Shown here in pieces: positions 38,950-49,426 of a stretch of 64,000 nt of DNA. The position numbers were made by a program, and so were the translations under genes. The DNA lies in NCBI GenBank assembly GCA_963663405.2, contig CAXXSM010000150.1, forward strand, positions 1 through 64,000. Direction: 5' to 3'. Numbering within the stretch: position 1 is the stretch's first letter; each line of letters opens with the position of its first letter. This DNA comes from a bacterium. Lineage in GTDB: Bacteria; Hinthialibacterota; Hinthialibacteria; Hinthialibacterales; Hinthialibacteraceae. Below the pieces are notes generated by a model. That model was given only the letters and a program-made list of their open reading frames with translations, was not told the origin of the DNA and did no database searches.

Positions 38950-40115
38950 TATTCTTTTGTCTCCGTGACATACGGGGTATTATAAGACGGCTTGTCTGGA
39001 TTCGTTATAGCATCATCCACAATCGAATAGAGACGCTTACAAAACTCTTCCCGGCCTTCGAGGGACCATATTTTCTTATAGAGAGATTGTCCATTTTCCG
39101 CTAGTTCCCGCCGTTTCTCTTCATCTCTCAACAAGGTATGAAAGGATTCAATTAAATCGGACACATCCCATTTCATCGGCCAATATGTAATGTATGGAAT
39201 ATGTAAGTCAGGCCATGTCCGCAAGTGAGTCACATCCGGAGCCAGAAGCGCGGCGCCGGCGAGAAACGTCTCAAAATCTCGATAACAGATCTCACCCCAG
39301 CCAAATAAACTGAGGACAATCTTCGAACGTCGCATGGCTTGCCGGTATTCGGTTGGAGATATCTTTTTCCCAAATAAAATACCTGTATCATCGAGTGAGG
39401 TTAGTATTTCTCTCGCTCGTTTACGCTGAAAGGATATGGTTTCCCTTTCATATTCATAATGAAAGAGCGCCAGCATGTTGATATCCCTTTTATTTTCAGG
39501 AAAGTGGCAGCGAAGTGAATGCTCTAGTGTAAAATTTCTTTTAATAGAATCTCTACATAGTTCAGCGATTCGATTCCATTTTCCACCCAGCCGATTGTCA
39601 TATAAACCAAGATTCCACGAGAGGCCGATTTTCGTTTTGTCCCTATCATCTAAGGGAATATAGTCTTCCTCATACGAATCTTGTACTGCATAATACTCAT
39701 GAAAATAATGGGTATACAACCGATTTCCATATAACTGTTTTTGATACAGAGTCCAATCATTTAAAATCTGCTTTTTCAAATAGCGTGAGACATAGGGCGT
39801 CACTTCAAATTGTGTGTTTCCGGAACTATCTCTTTGATCGAACCAAATGATACGCTCATTTTTTTCCCGCAGCCTTTCGATAATTTCTAATATAGGTTTT
39901 TTATTCTCCACACGATGTTTTTCAAGATGAAAAAACCGTGATGACAAAAAAAGCAGATCACATTCATACAGTGATGGTTTGATTTCTGAAAAATATCGAA
40001 ATCTCAACCCCATTTTATCCAAAATTGATTTGTTGATGTAGATTGGATACCAATGCGGGGGCACAGGGCTGATATAAAACCGTGTTGGAACATCTAATAT
40101 ATGAACGCGTATCAC
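38949..40115 (-). CDS. Putative GT-B glycosyltransferase
   Basis: Y...MRRSKIVLSLFGWGEICYRDFE..LAGA.L; ELAENG; glycan locus context. Confidence 0.7.
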   Translation of the reverse strand: MIRVHILDVPTRFYISPVPPHWYPIYINKSILDKMGLRFRYFSEIKPSLYECDLLFLSSRFFHLEKHRVENKKPILEIIERLREKNERIIWFDQRDSSGNTQFEVTPYVSRYLKKQILNDWTLYQKQLYGNRLYTHYFHEYYAVQDSYEEDYIPLDDRDKTKIGLSWNLGLYDNRLGGKWNRIAELCRDSIKRNFTLEHSLRCHFPENKRDINMLALFHYEYERETISFQRKRAREILTSLDDTGILFGKKISPTEYRQAMRRSKIVLSLFGWGEICYRDFETFLAGAALLAPDVTHLRTWPDLHIPYITYWPMKWDVSDLIESFHTLLRDEEKRRELAENGQSLYKKIWSLEGREEFCKRLYSIVDDAITNPDKPSYNTPYVTETKE

Positions 40116-40153
40116 AATATTTAAATAAAATAATTTCTGAATGTGGCAAACAA

Positions 40154-41437
40154 TTAGAGTAATTTCTGAATATCGATGATAACCATCGCTCGTTTATTAT
40201 TGCACGCTGTGTCGATACAAACAAAGCGTCCACTTGGACTCCACCGAGGATGCAAATCGCATTTAATCTCACCACGATATTCATCCGGATTGTAAAACGA
40301 ACCGATCTGCGTCATTGAGTCTTTTTTGATAGTATAAAGAAAAACATTTTGTTCACTGTACCTATCCGGGTATGTGTCCACCAATAAGAAGCGGCCATCA
40401 GGAGAAAACGTAGGATGTCCATCGGACGTCAAATGAGTTTCTCCCACAATCGATCGTTCATTTGTTTTATCCAGATATTGATAGTAGTGAGTTCCTGAAT
40501 TTTTATGTGTAGCGTATACAATTAATTCGTGGTCATTTTTCCATGTATAATGAGACGCGTGCCCCTCGTTCGCAATTGGAAACCAATCACTCCCATCGAG
40601 ACCGCAAGTAATCAACCTAGAATAACGCCGCTCATCCTTCATCCAAAAGTGCATAAATAAAAAACGTGACGCCGATGGATTGAAGAGAAGATGATTAAAA
40701 TAATGCGCCGCGCCTTTCATACTTTCATGTGGTTGAAAGGCGGCGGCGTCTGCAAGTGTAAAAAGCAATTCCCTTTTTTTTGAGTGAAGGTCAATCCGCC
40801 AAATTCCATTCCGATCCGGCGCCAATTGATCCTTTGTTTCATCAGGCGCGTTTACAAATCCATACCCTGGACGCAGCCTCTGCAACCTGGAAAAATTCAA
40901 CGAGAGAGCCCAGCGCCCATCATGGCTGACTGTAAAGACTGGAAACGAATACGCCTCTATGATTTTTTTAGTTCCGATATCCTGCGCTACACAACCATAT
41001 TGCTTGTCAACCATCTTGTTATACAAAACAGATGATTGTGAATCATAGGGATACCATTGCAACCGGCAGCCCAATTGCCATCCCCACGTTTCTGTGTGTC
41101 CGATTTCTGTAAAACCTTTACCTAGATCGAATCGATCGAAATAACCGATGCTTAATTGTGTATTGGGATCCGGCCGTTTATTCTCTTCCGGACCGAGATT
41201 CGCCAGCGCATACCGGTCATCTATACTGAAAGGAGAAACATCATAATACCCAAAAAAGAGATGCCTTTCCGGGTGCGAAAGAACTTGTGTTTTAACATCT
41301 GGAAAACGGGATCTTTGCGCTATTTTGTAAATCCAATTGCGGGATGGCCGGATGCAGCGCGCGCGGATATGAGATACGATTTTGATTAGCCGGGATACGG
41401 TTGAATCATCAAGTAAGGATATTAGTTTTTTTTTCAC
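40154..41437 (-). CDS. TolB-like / oligogalacturonate lyase-like beta-propeller
   Basis: FFGYYD.SPF, WQLG.RLQW, NH..FNP, DGHPTFSPDG, CDLHPRWS. Confidence 0.7.
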   Translation of the reverse strand: MKKKLISLLDDSTVSRLIKIVSHIRARCIRPSRNWIYKIAQRSRFPDVKTQVLSHPERHLFFGYYDVSPFSIDDRYALANLGPEENKRPDPNTQLSIGYFDRFDLGKGFTEIGHTETWGWQLGCRLQWYPYDSQSSVLYNKMVDKQYGCVAQDIGTKKIIEAYSFPVFTVSHDGRWALSLNFSRLQRLRPGYGFVNAPDETKDQLAPDRNGIWRIDLHSKKRELLFTLADAAAFQPHESMKGAAHYFNHLLFNPSASRFLFMHFWMKDERRYSRLITCGLDGSDWFPIANEGHASHYTWKNDHELIVYATHKNSGTHYYQYLDKTNERSIVGETHLTSDGHPTFSPDGRFLLVDTYPDRYSEQNVFLYTIKKDSMTQIGSFYNPDEYRGEIKCDLHPRWSPSGRFVCIDTACNNKRAMVIIDIQKLL

Positions 41438-41479
41438 AGCGGAATCAACACAATAGTACTACACTTCACAAAAACTTAT

Positions 41480-42628
41480 CTATTTCCAAGAGACGCGCGG
41501 AAGAATTTTTGATGGATCGATATTGTCTTTATAACGAATAACGGTCTCAAGCATCTGAGCGATCACGTCATCTGTCATATAATGGGGTTCCAAACCCAGA
41601 TCCAGTAAACCTTGATGAACCGGGTTGTAATAATGCTCTTCCGGTTCCTTCCGTGGATTTTCGATCGATTTTGCTGTTACATTCAAACCGAGTTGGTTGC
41701 CCACGCGCTGTACTTTTTCAGCAATTTCGTTGACAGACATTGTTTCGATAAATTGATTCAAAATGCGCAATTCGCCTTTTGGTACCGGATTATTAACCGC
41801 CAAGTCTACGCACTGCAATGTGTCATTAAGATTTAGATACCCTCGCGTTTGCCCGCCTTTTCCAAATATTGTAAGCGGGATACCAGCTACGGCTTGCACA
41901 ATAAAACGATTGACAACAGTGCCGAAGATATCATCATAATGAAAATTCGGAGCGAGCCGTTCATCCCGATCTACCTCCGGCGTAGAGATCCCATAGACAG
42001 GTCCCTGCATTAAGTCGGTGACTCGAATTCCATAGGTTCGTACGTAAAACCAAAGGAGGTCGGTATCAAGAACTTTTGTTGTATGGTAAAGACTTCCCGC
42101 TTGCCGGGGATATAAGAATTTATGGGAACGACCTTTATGATGAATATCAATCCATCCTTCTTCGATGTCAATATTCGGTGTTCCATACTCACCCATTGTT
42201 CCCAGTTTGACGATTTGACATTCCGGACAATTCTGCATAACCGCCCATATCACATTTAAAGTCGCCGTCAAGTTATTTGTCATCGTAAGCCGGGCTTCAT
42301 CATAATTCTTCATACCATACGGCGCCGCAGGCTGTTCGGCGTAATGAACGACGGCGTCAGGGATAAAATCAGAGAAGATACGATCCATAAATCGGAAATC
42401 ACAGCAATCTCCAATTTCCACTTGGATCGTTTTCCCAGAGGTGTCCTTATAGATACGCGCGCGTTGGATTAAGTTCGGATTCTCGATTAACGCCTCGGAA
42501 TCGGTTTGTTTGGCTATTGTCCTTCGTAAATAATTGTCGACAACCATTACATCATGTTCCCGTTCGGCAAAATACATGGCTGTCGGCCAACCCAGATACC
42601 CATCACCGCCTAAGACTAAAATACGCAT
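41480..42628 (-). CDS. sqdB: UDP-sulfoquinovose synthase (SqdB/SQD1/Agl3-like)
   Basis: GGDGYLGWPTA; EQP.APY; KLGTMGEYGTPNIDIEEG; YHTTK; YDDIFGTVVNRF..QA.AG.PLT. Confidence 0.85.
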   Translation of the reverse strand: MRILVLGGDGYLGWPTAMYFAEREHDVMVVDNYLRRTIAKQTDSEALIENPNLIQRARIYKDTSGKTIQVEIGDCCDFRFMDRIFSDFIPDAVVHYAEQPAAPYGMKNYDEARLTMTNNLTATLNVIWAVMQNCPECQIVKLGTMGEYGTPNIDIEEGWIDIHHKGRSHKFLYPRQAGSLYHTTKVLDTDLLWFYVRTYGIRVTDLMQGPVYGISTPEVDRDERLAPNFHYDDIFGTVVNRFIVQAVAGIPLTIFGKGGQTRGYLNLNDTLQCVDLAVNNPVPKGELRILNQFIETMSVNEIAEKVQRVGNQLGLNVTAKSIENPRKEPEEHYYNPVHQGLLDLGLEPHYMTDDVIAQMLETVIRYKDNIDPSKILPRVSWK

Positions 42629-42692
42629 GATCTACACTCCTTCTTGCCATGGATGATTCATCCTGTTCTCTCCAACGCAATGATTAAGGCAT

Positions 42693-43763
42693 TCAACGCG
42701 AGCTATCCATTTCTGAAGACAATAAATTATGTAAATGCAAATATTTTCTTAATTCCTCTTTTGGCATCGCCTGGCCGGCTTTTGAATTGTATGGATGCTT
42801 CACTTGACCGGTGATGAATCCGGGATAGTGGTAATCGATCGAATCATATATTGATTTAAACGCGGGAGTGACTACATAGTAATTCTTTAATTCAATCGTT
42901 CTTCGCGTTTCTTCTTCGTTGATTAATTCTTCATACATTTTTTCGCCGGATTTAACGCCGATGATTTCGATGGGCACATCGCTGGGATCCAAACCGTAAG
43001 CAGGGGCCAGTTCTTCAATCATCACTGCGGCCAGATCCTGTATTTTTACAATCGGCATTTTTGTAACAAAGACTTCTCCCCCACGCGCTAAAAATACACT
43101 TTCCATAACGAGCCGGACGGCTTCTTCTAATGTCATAATGAATCGCGTCATACCGGTGTCAGTCAGTGTAACCGGCCCTTTGGAGGCGATTTGACGCTTA
43201 AACAACGGTATAACCGATCCGCGCGAGCCTAATACATTGCCAAAACGTGTTGAGGAAAAGATCGGACGTTCTCCTCGGCGGAGTGAATGCGCCGCAGTAA
43301 AAAGCCGCTCACCCATCAGTTTGGATGTGCCCATGACATTCGTTGGATTGACAGCCTTGTCTGATGAAGTGAATACAACACGATGAACATGATTCACAAT
43401 AGCGGCGTCAATAATATTCTGGACACCTAGAATGTTAGTCTGCACGGCGTCACGAGGCGATTCCTCGCACAAGATGACATGCTTTAACGCGGCGGTATGC
43501 AGGACAATATCAATTCCATTCATCTTGTGGATTAATTTCCCCCGATCCCTGACATCGCCTAAATAAAAATGAACCGCTGGATTTGTCCGATAGGTCTCGT
43601 TTAGGAAAAATAAATCACTTTCATTATTGTCAATCCCGATAATCTCAGCCGGTTGATATGGTATCAATTGCCGAAGTAATTCATGGCCAACAGTGCCACA
43701 AACGCCTGTGATTAAAACATGTTGTTCTTGCCAAGGATTCATCGGTTTTCCACAATCTTTCAT
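42693..43763 (-). CDS. UDP-N-acetylhexosamine 4,6-dehydratase (Polysacc_synt_2; FnlA/PseB/CapD-like)
   Basis: AALKHV..CE..P..AV.TN..G; SSDKAVNPTNVMGTSK; RFGNVLGSRGSVIPLF; MTRF; GEKMYEEL. Confidence 0.9.
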   Translation of the reverse strand: MKDCGKPMNPWQEQHVLITGVCGTVGHELLRQLIPYQPAEIIGIDNNESDLFFLNETYRTNPAVHFYLGDVRDRGKLIHKMNGIDIVLHTAALKHVILCEESPRDAVQTNILGVQNIIDAAIVNHVHRVVFTSSDKAVNPTNVMGTSKLMGERLFTAAHSLRRGERPIFSSTRFGNVLGSRGSVIPLFKRQIASKGPVTLTDTGMTRFIMTLEEAVRLVMESVFLARGGEVFVTKMPIVKIQDLAAVMIEELAPAYGLDPSDVPIEIIGVKSGEKMYEELINEEETRRTIELKNYYVVTPAFKSIYDSIDYHYPGFITGQVKHPYNSKAGQAMPKEELRKYLHLHNLLSSEMDSSR

Positions 43764-43771
43764 GAGATACG

Positions 43772-46005
43772 TTAGCCGTCCGTTTCATCCACAATTCCCG
43801 ATGGCTCTTTTCGATCGCTGACTTTTTCATGCTCGCAGCTATGTTTATCAAGCATACTTTCTAATTTCCAAAAGAGACCTTCATTCTTTTTTAGATCCTT
43901 AAAACTGCCGGCTTCTACGATCTGGCCATTGTCCAGCACATAGATCCAATCCGCAATGTACAATGTTTTCAAATGGTGCGTCACCATTAATATAGTTGTA
44001 CAATCACGCAACGAATCGAGTAATGCTAAAATCTGTCTTTCACTCTCGCTATCCAGCGCGCTGGTCGCCTCATCGACAATCAGCAGTTCTGGATTACGCA
44101 CAATCGCGCGTGCAATGGCTAATCGCTGCCGCTGCCCAACCGAAAGAGAAACGCCGCTTTCTCCAACGAGTGTATCGTATTGGTCAGGCAATCGCATAAC
44201 AAACTCATGCGCGCCGGCCTGCTGAACTGCGTGTACAATATCCTCCATTGAAGCCGAAGGATTGGCGCATTGAATATTTTCACTTACGGAAAGGTTGAAT
44301 AAGAATGTGTCTTGTGAAACGTATCCAATACGTTTCCGCCATTCGCGTATGTTAAGATCGTTCATTGATTTGTTGTCGATGCGAATAGAACCTTCATTCG
44401 ATTTTTGCAGGCCAATTAACAAATCGCAAATGGTTGATTTGCCCGATCCCGAAGGCCCTGCGATGGCGGTAATCCCATGCCGTGGGATTTCTAGATTTAG
44501 ATTTGTGAATAAAGTAGATTGTTCATCAAACGAAAAACCAACATTTTGAAATGAGATATTTTTCTCAATCTTGTTAAACCCTATACCACTATCCAATGAT
44601 TCCCGCTCAATATTTTGATTCACGAGATCATTCGCCAAGTGAATGGAAGGTAAATACGATATCAGCGTAATCCTCTTTGATAACATCTCAGAGAGATTTA
44701 AAAACAATCGTTGAGACGCAATAACAAAGAAAGCGATTGTAGGAATAATCGTATCGATAGGGCCGATTTGCGCATAAATATAATAAAGAAGTGATCCGAG
44801 TAATATGGATACGATTAACAATTCAACGATGACTCGCGGTAATTCAGCAGCCACACCGATCCGTACAATCAAACGCATCAATCGATCGATCTTCTTTTTA
44901 AATAGCGATAATACTCGATTCTCCAGCGAAAAGGATTTCACTTGCCGGATCCCCGAAAGACTTTCCGCGCAGAGTCCGCTAACTTGCTGGTTTAAAAAAA
45001 TTTTTCCTGACCGATCCCATAGGAATAACGCTGACTGATCCCCCATTGGAGAAGGACAACAATGAAACCTGCGGCAAACGAGATCAGCGTAATAAACCAA
45101 TTTTCAATAAACAATGCGATCGTAATACATACAACAAAGGCAAAACGGCCTAAGAAATCGATCGCATCCGTCAAACCTTTGGACGCAAAGATAGGTTCTG
45201 TGATTACATTATTCAACAAGACGCCATGTTGTTGCCTGCTTAGAATTCGATAGGACGAAAAAATATAATTTTGTAAAACATTGCACGACCAATATCCACG
45301 TAAATTGGTTAGAAAAATCTTGGAAAGATACGTTCGAGTTAGGATCAAAAGATTTTTGATAAAGATCAGTAAAAACGCGATCACGCAGACAATCACCAAG
45401 TGATATTCTTTCTGAAAATAGTAAGACAAATAGGAAAGCAAGATCGAATGCCCGCGTTCATACATGATCAGATCAGGAAAAATGTCTCTAAAAAGATACC
45501 GATTGAATAGTTCGATTTGTTCTTGACTTAAATTTGAGAAATCTTTATCTATATAGTTCCTTGTTTCAGAAGATAGTTTTAGATTGCGGAATGAATCTTC
45601 TTGATAGAAATCGGGTTGTTTCAGTAGTAAATTTAATTCACTAATTATACGTTCCTGATCTTCTTCATTTAGAGGTTTTTGATTGGAGATATCCTCGACG
45701 GCCTTTTGAGACTCTTCTGTTAAGCGAATATAGATTTGTTTTCCTGGATTGGGTAGTTCCTGGCTTTTTGCGTTTAACAATTCTACACAAAACTCTTTCC
45801 AATCGTCAATCGATTCAACGGTTAATTGAAGATCGCTGTCATTCTCTCCAGGCGTTAATATCGCCTTAAGTAAAGGCAGGATCATCCCCAAACTTAACGT
45901 TTCCGCCACCGCCGTAAGCATGATGACCGCGAAAAGGATCATGGCGAAGTATTTATACGGACCGAAGATCGACAAAGAAAAAAGATATTTTGATTGTTTA
46001 GACAT
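43772..46005 (-). CDS. ABC half-transporter (PglK/MsbA-like glycan flippase), frameshifted at A7/T5, 44994-45005
   Basis: TMD ORF (ATG 46005 overlapping the upstream stop) joins the NBD ORF if one base is added; GPSGSGKST, LSVGQRQR, DEATSALD. Confidence 0.85.
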
Positions 46006-46976
46006 TATTTCTGAAATAGTTCGATTAGTTTTTTGATCGTGTATTGTTCCGTTTTCGCCCACGCGTCATAGGTGGAACCGCCAATGTGCGGTGTCAGCAG
46101 TAAGTTATCGTGTTCCCGCGCATAGCGCAGAAGTGGATGATCGGAAAATTCAGAGGAACCGGAAAAGCCTTTTTTAAATTCTCCTGGAAAAACATCCATC
46201 GCCGCCCCTGCGATCCGTCCGTTTCGCAATTGTTCGAGAAGCGCGGTTGGATCAATAATCTCCGCTCGCGCTGTGTTGATAAACACGGAGCCGGATTTAA
46301 ACGCTGCAAATACATCCGCGTTAAGTAAATTCTCTGTCTTTTCATTGTGCGGAACATGCAGGCTGATCACATCATTTTCTGAAACTAATTGCATCAAATC
46401 GCCCACGCGGTTGACGCCTTCGATCCCTGAATCGTCGACATATGGATCGTAATACTGCACACGCATTCCAAAACACAATCCATACCGCGCGACGATACTT
46501 CCTAAACGCCCTAAACCGATGATCCCCAAAGACATGGATGAAAGCATAGCCTGACCTGGAAACAAGCGCCGGTTCCAAATTCCATTCTTCACAGAATCAA
46601 AGGACCAGGGAGTACGCCGAATCAAAGCTAGAAGCAATCCCCATGTATGTTCAGCTGTGGGAGTAATTGTCTGCAGGAATTCCTGCTCATTCGCGAGAGA
46701 AATGACAGCGATCTTTTTTTCCTGCGCGTAGCGGACATCGATGTGAGGCACACCCGTCGTATTGGAAGCGATGGCTTTTAATCGCAGGCATTGATCGATT
46801 TTCTCATTTCCACAGAAAAAACCCAACGGCGCGAACGTGCAGTCAATTTCCTTTAACACTTCAGGTGTGTCTTCTTCAGGATCTTCCAATTCAATGACAT
46901 GAAAGCGATCGTGAAGTAAAGATAAAGAACCAGACTGAAACTGCAGCATGGAATAGTATAAAACGGTTGGCTTCAT
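46005..46976 (-). CDS. D-isomer-specific 2-hydroxyacid dehydrogenase
   Basis: TAEHT, GIIGLGRLG, SLHVP, INTARA, MDVF..E, LTPHIGGST. Confidence 0.9.
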   Translation of the reverse strand: MKPTVLYYSMLQFQSGSLSLLHDRFHVIELEDPEEDTPEVLKEIDCTFAPLGFFCGNEKIDQCLRLKAIASNTTGVPHIDVRYAQEKKIAVISLANEQEFLQTITPTAEHTWGLLLALIRRTPWSFDSVKNGIWNRRLFPGQAMLSSMSLGIIGLGRLGSIVARYGLCFGMRVQYYDPYVDDSGIEGVNRVGDLMQLVSENDVISLHVPHNEKTENLLNADVFAAFKSGSVFINTARAEIIDPTALLEQLRNGRIAGAAMDVFPGEFKKGFSGSSEFSDHPLLRYAREHDNLLLTPHIGGSTYDAWAKTEQYTIKKLIELFQK

Positions 46977-47013
46977 TATTGAAATAATCTTTATTGTAGT
47001 AACAAAATCATCA

Positions 47014-47109
47014 TCTGAATCAGGATAGACTGGATTATTATGATTAACAGGATATGTAGTAAAAAAATCTTCCTGAAAAATCCTTCCATTCTGGACATCC
47101 TGATTCAGA
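47014..47109. repeat. 96-bp palindromic intergenic element with 13-bp terminal inverted repeats
   Basis: TCTGAATCAGGAT (47014-47026) and ATCCTGATTCAGA (47097-47109), with internal GGAT/ATCC units. Confidence 0.75.
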
Positions 47110-47165
47110 CAAAGAAAAATATTCTATCTTTCTATACTCTGGTAATTTAGGAAATTCGAATTATC

Positions 47166-48323
47166 TTAATACGTCATCCGCTTATTAAACAACGAAGGGC
47201 CAATATCAACTGTCGACAATACATCCGCAATCTTGTAGCAGGAAGGTTTATCCCCATAAGGGGAAACACAATTCTGAATTTTCGCTTTAAAATTTTCATC
47301 ATAAAGGCATGTCTTCAAAGCTTGGAGTATCGCCTCTGTATCCGTTTCTACATGAATGCAGTTTTCCGCCCGCTGGCGGTCGGATTGCCGTGGCCCCACC
47401 GTGATGGATGGAAGTTTGAACGTTGGCGTTTCAATGATACCTGCGCTGGAATTGCCAACAAACACACTCGCCACGTTTTGCAATCCCCAAAAATCCTGAC
47501 ATTCAATATTGGGATAGATCTGCACTCCATCGCTTCCCCGCGTTTCTTCGATTGCCTCTACAATTCCAGCGTAATCCGAATCCGTGCAGGGATAGACAAA
47601 AATCTTTTGCGCATCGACTTGCATTACCGCATCGACAATGGATTTCATTTCTTTGTAAGAAGCGCCATCGGCGCAGGTATCGGAATGCTGCAAGATCAGC
47701 AGTAATGGCCGGTCTGGATCAAGGTTGAATTTTTTTTGGATCTCTTCCCGTGACGTGTATTCGCCCATATGAATCATATCGAGATGCGAATCCCCAACGA
47801 CATGCACGCGCCAAGGTTCTTCGCCCATTTGGATAATCCGTTGCGCGCTGGCTTCGGTCGATGGAAAATGGATATGAGACATTTTCGTAATCGCATGCCG
47901 GATAAATTCATCAATATTTCCTGAGATGTCACCGCCTTGGATATGAGCGATGGGGATACGAAAATGAATCGCGGTTACAACGGTCGACAGAATTTCACCT
48001 CGGTCACCTAACACTAATAAGATATCCGGATTCTCTTGATGAAACACCGACGACATCCAATCCATACATCGTGAAAGCGCTTTCGTACGATCGATTGAAC
48101 GGTCGCCCTCCTGATCCATAGGAACCAAGTGCCGTATATCAAACCACTGCTGCACTTCGTGATACGTATTACCGAAATCTTCATAGAGATGTTGATCGGT
48201 CGCAACAATGACAATTTCCACACCGGGGCGCCGGTGCAGTTCTTTCAATGTCGGGATGATCGCGCCGAAACCACCACGTTTTCCAGTGACGACTAATATT
48301 TTTCTCGATCGACTTGCTTTCAT
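47166..48323 (-). CDS. neuC: Hydrolysing UDP/GDP-N-acetylhexosamine 2-epimerase (NeuC/LegG family), copy 2
   Basis: LGDRGE, HIQGGD.SG.IDE.IRHAITK.SHIHF, GNSSAGIIE.P, GPRQ..R, PYG. Confidence 0.9.
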   Translation of the reverse strand: MKASRSRKILVVTGKRGGFGAIIPTLKELHRRPGVEIVIVATDQHLYEDFGNTYHEVQQWFDIRHLVPMDQEGDRSIDRTKALSRCMDWMSSVFHQENPDILLVLGDRGEILSTVVTAIHFRIPIAHIQGGDISGNIDEFIRHAITKMSHIHFPSTEASAQRIIQMGEEPWRVHVVGDSHLDMIHMGEYTSREEIQKKFNLDPDRPLLLILQHSDTCADGASYKEMKSIVDAVMQVDAQKIFVYPCTDSDYAGIVEAIEETRGSDGVQIYPNIECQDFWGLQNVASVFVGNSSAGIIETPTFKLPSITVGPRQSDRQRAENCIHVETDTEAILQALKTCLYDENFKAKIQNCVSPYGDKPSCYKIADVLSTVDIGPSLFNKRMTY

Positions 48324-48326
48324 TTA

Positions 48327-49382
48327 TTATTCCTGTGGAGTGACTGTATGACCTATCATTTCCAATGTAATCAATGTGTCTGCGCTTACATTTACATTCA
48401 GCGAAGCGCCTAGGATTTCGTTCAGTCGTTCAGGAGAAATCCCATTGCCTGGACGCTTAAACGTAAGATCTTCACGGCGCAGGATTGTCCCCGCTGAAAG
48501 ATCATGTTTTGCTACAATACTTTTTCTCGCCCACAACAGGCTTTTTTCCTCATTTAGAGTGCGGAGCATTTCCTTCGAACCGAGGGCCGCTTCCAAGCGG
48601 CGCACGCTACTGACAAATTCCACTAATTCTTCTGGATCACAAGCCACCTTCCAATCCTGCGCGTTGGGGATGTTTTTCTCAAGCGTAATATGTTTTTCAA
48701 TAATCGAAGCGCCTAACATGACCGAAGCGGCGGCGATATCGTGTGTCGCGCAGTGATCCGAATATCCAACAGGTCCTAGAAATAATTCTCTTAGTGTTGA
48801 AATAACTTTTAAATTAACATCTTCCGGGGGCGTGGGATAACTGGTCACGCAGTGCATCACCGCGACTTGACGGGCCCCTTCTTGCTGAAGCGCACTAAGA
48901 CTCTGTTCCAATTCTTTTTGTGTATACATTCCAGTCGAGAATACAATCGGTTTCCCCTTCTTTGCGACAGCGCGGAAAAACTCTGGATTACTGACTTCTC
49001 CAGAACCGATTTTGTACAACGGTGGATTCAGAGTCGAAAGAGCGTCTAGACTTTCCAGATCGTGCGCCGTAGCAAAAAAGAGAATCCCCGCGTCATTCGC
49101 GTATTCTTGAATGGATTGAAATTGGTCAATCGTCAGTTCTTTACATTGCATCCTCTCCGTCCATTCACTGTTCTGTGAACTGATTAGCGAAGAGGTGCGA
49201 AAGATTTGAAACTTAACCGCATCCGCTTTGGCTTGAACCGCCATGTCAACTAATTGATACGCTTTTTGGACATCACCGAAATGACTAACTCCCGCTTCCG
49301 CAATGATAAAGCATGGAGCGTTCCCACCGATTTTCCTCTCACCAGCGTAAAAGAAAGGAACAAAGAATTCTCGTTCAATCAT
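48327..49382 (-). CDS. neuB: Nonulosonic acid synthase (NeuB family), copy 2
   Basis: IIAEAGVSH.G, DAVKFQ, KIGSGE, STGM, HCVTSYP, GYSDH, IEKHIT; C-terminal SAF domain. Confidence 0.92.
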   Translation of the reverse strand: MIEREFFVPFFYAGERKIGGNAPCFIIAEAGVSHFGDVQKAYQLVDMAVQAKADAVKFQIFRTSSLISSQNSEWTERMQCKELTIDQFQSIQEYANDAGILFFATAHDLESLDALSTLNPPLYKIGSGEVSNPEFFRAVAKKGKPIVFSTGMYTQKELEQSLSALQQEGARQVAVMHCVTSYPTPPEDVNLKVISTLRELFLGPVGYSDHCATHDIAAASVMLGASIIEKHITLEKNIPNAQDWKVACDPEELVEFVSSVRRLEAALGSKEMLRTLNEEKSLLWARKSIVAKHDLSAGTILRREDLTFKRPGNGISPERLNEILGASLNVNVSADTLITLEMIGHTVTPQE

Positions 49383-49426
49383 ACGAAGATACCAAAAATA
49401 AGTTTTTAATTACATATGATGAATGG

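Noticed and set aside
41480-42628. Sulfolipid (SQDG) biosynthesis operon
   Set aside because: No recognisable sqdX or sqdC/sqdD next to sqdB; context is a surface-glycan cluster, though the GT4 at 36171 cannot be excluded as a sulfoquinovosyl transferase.
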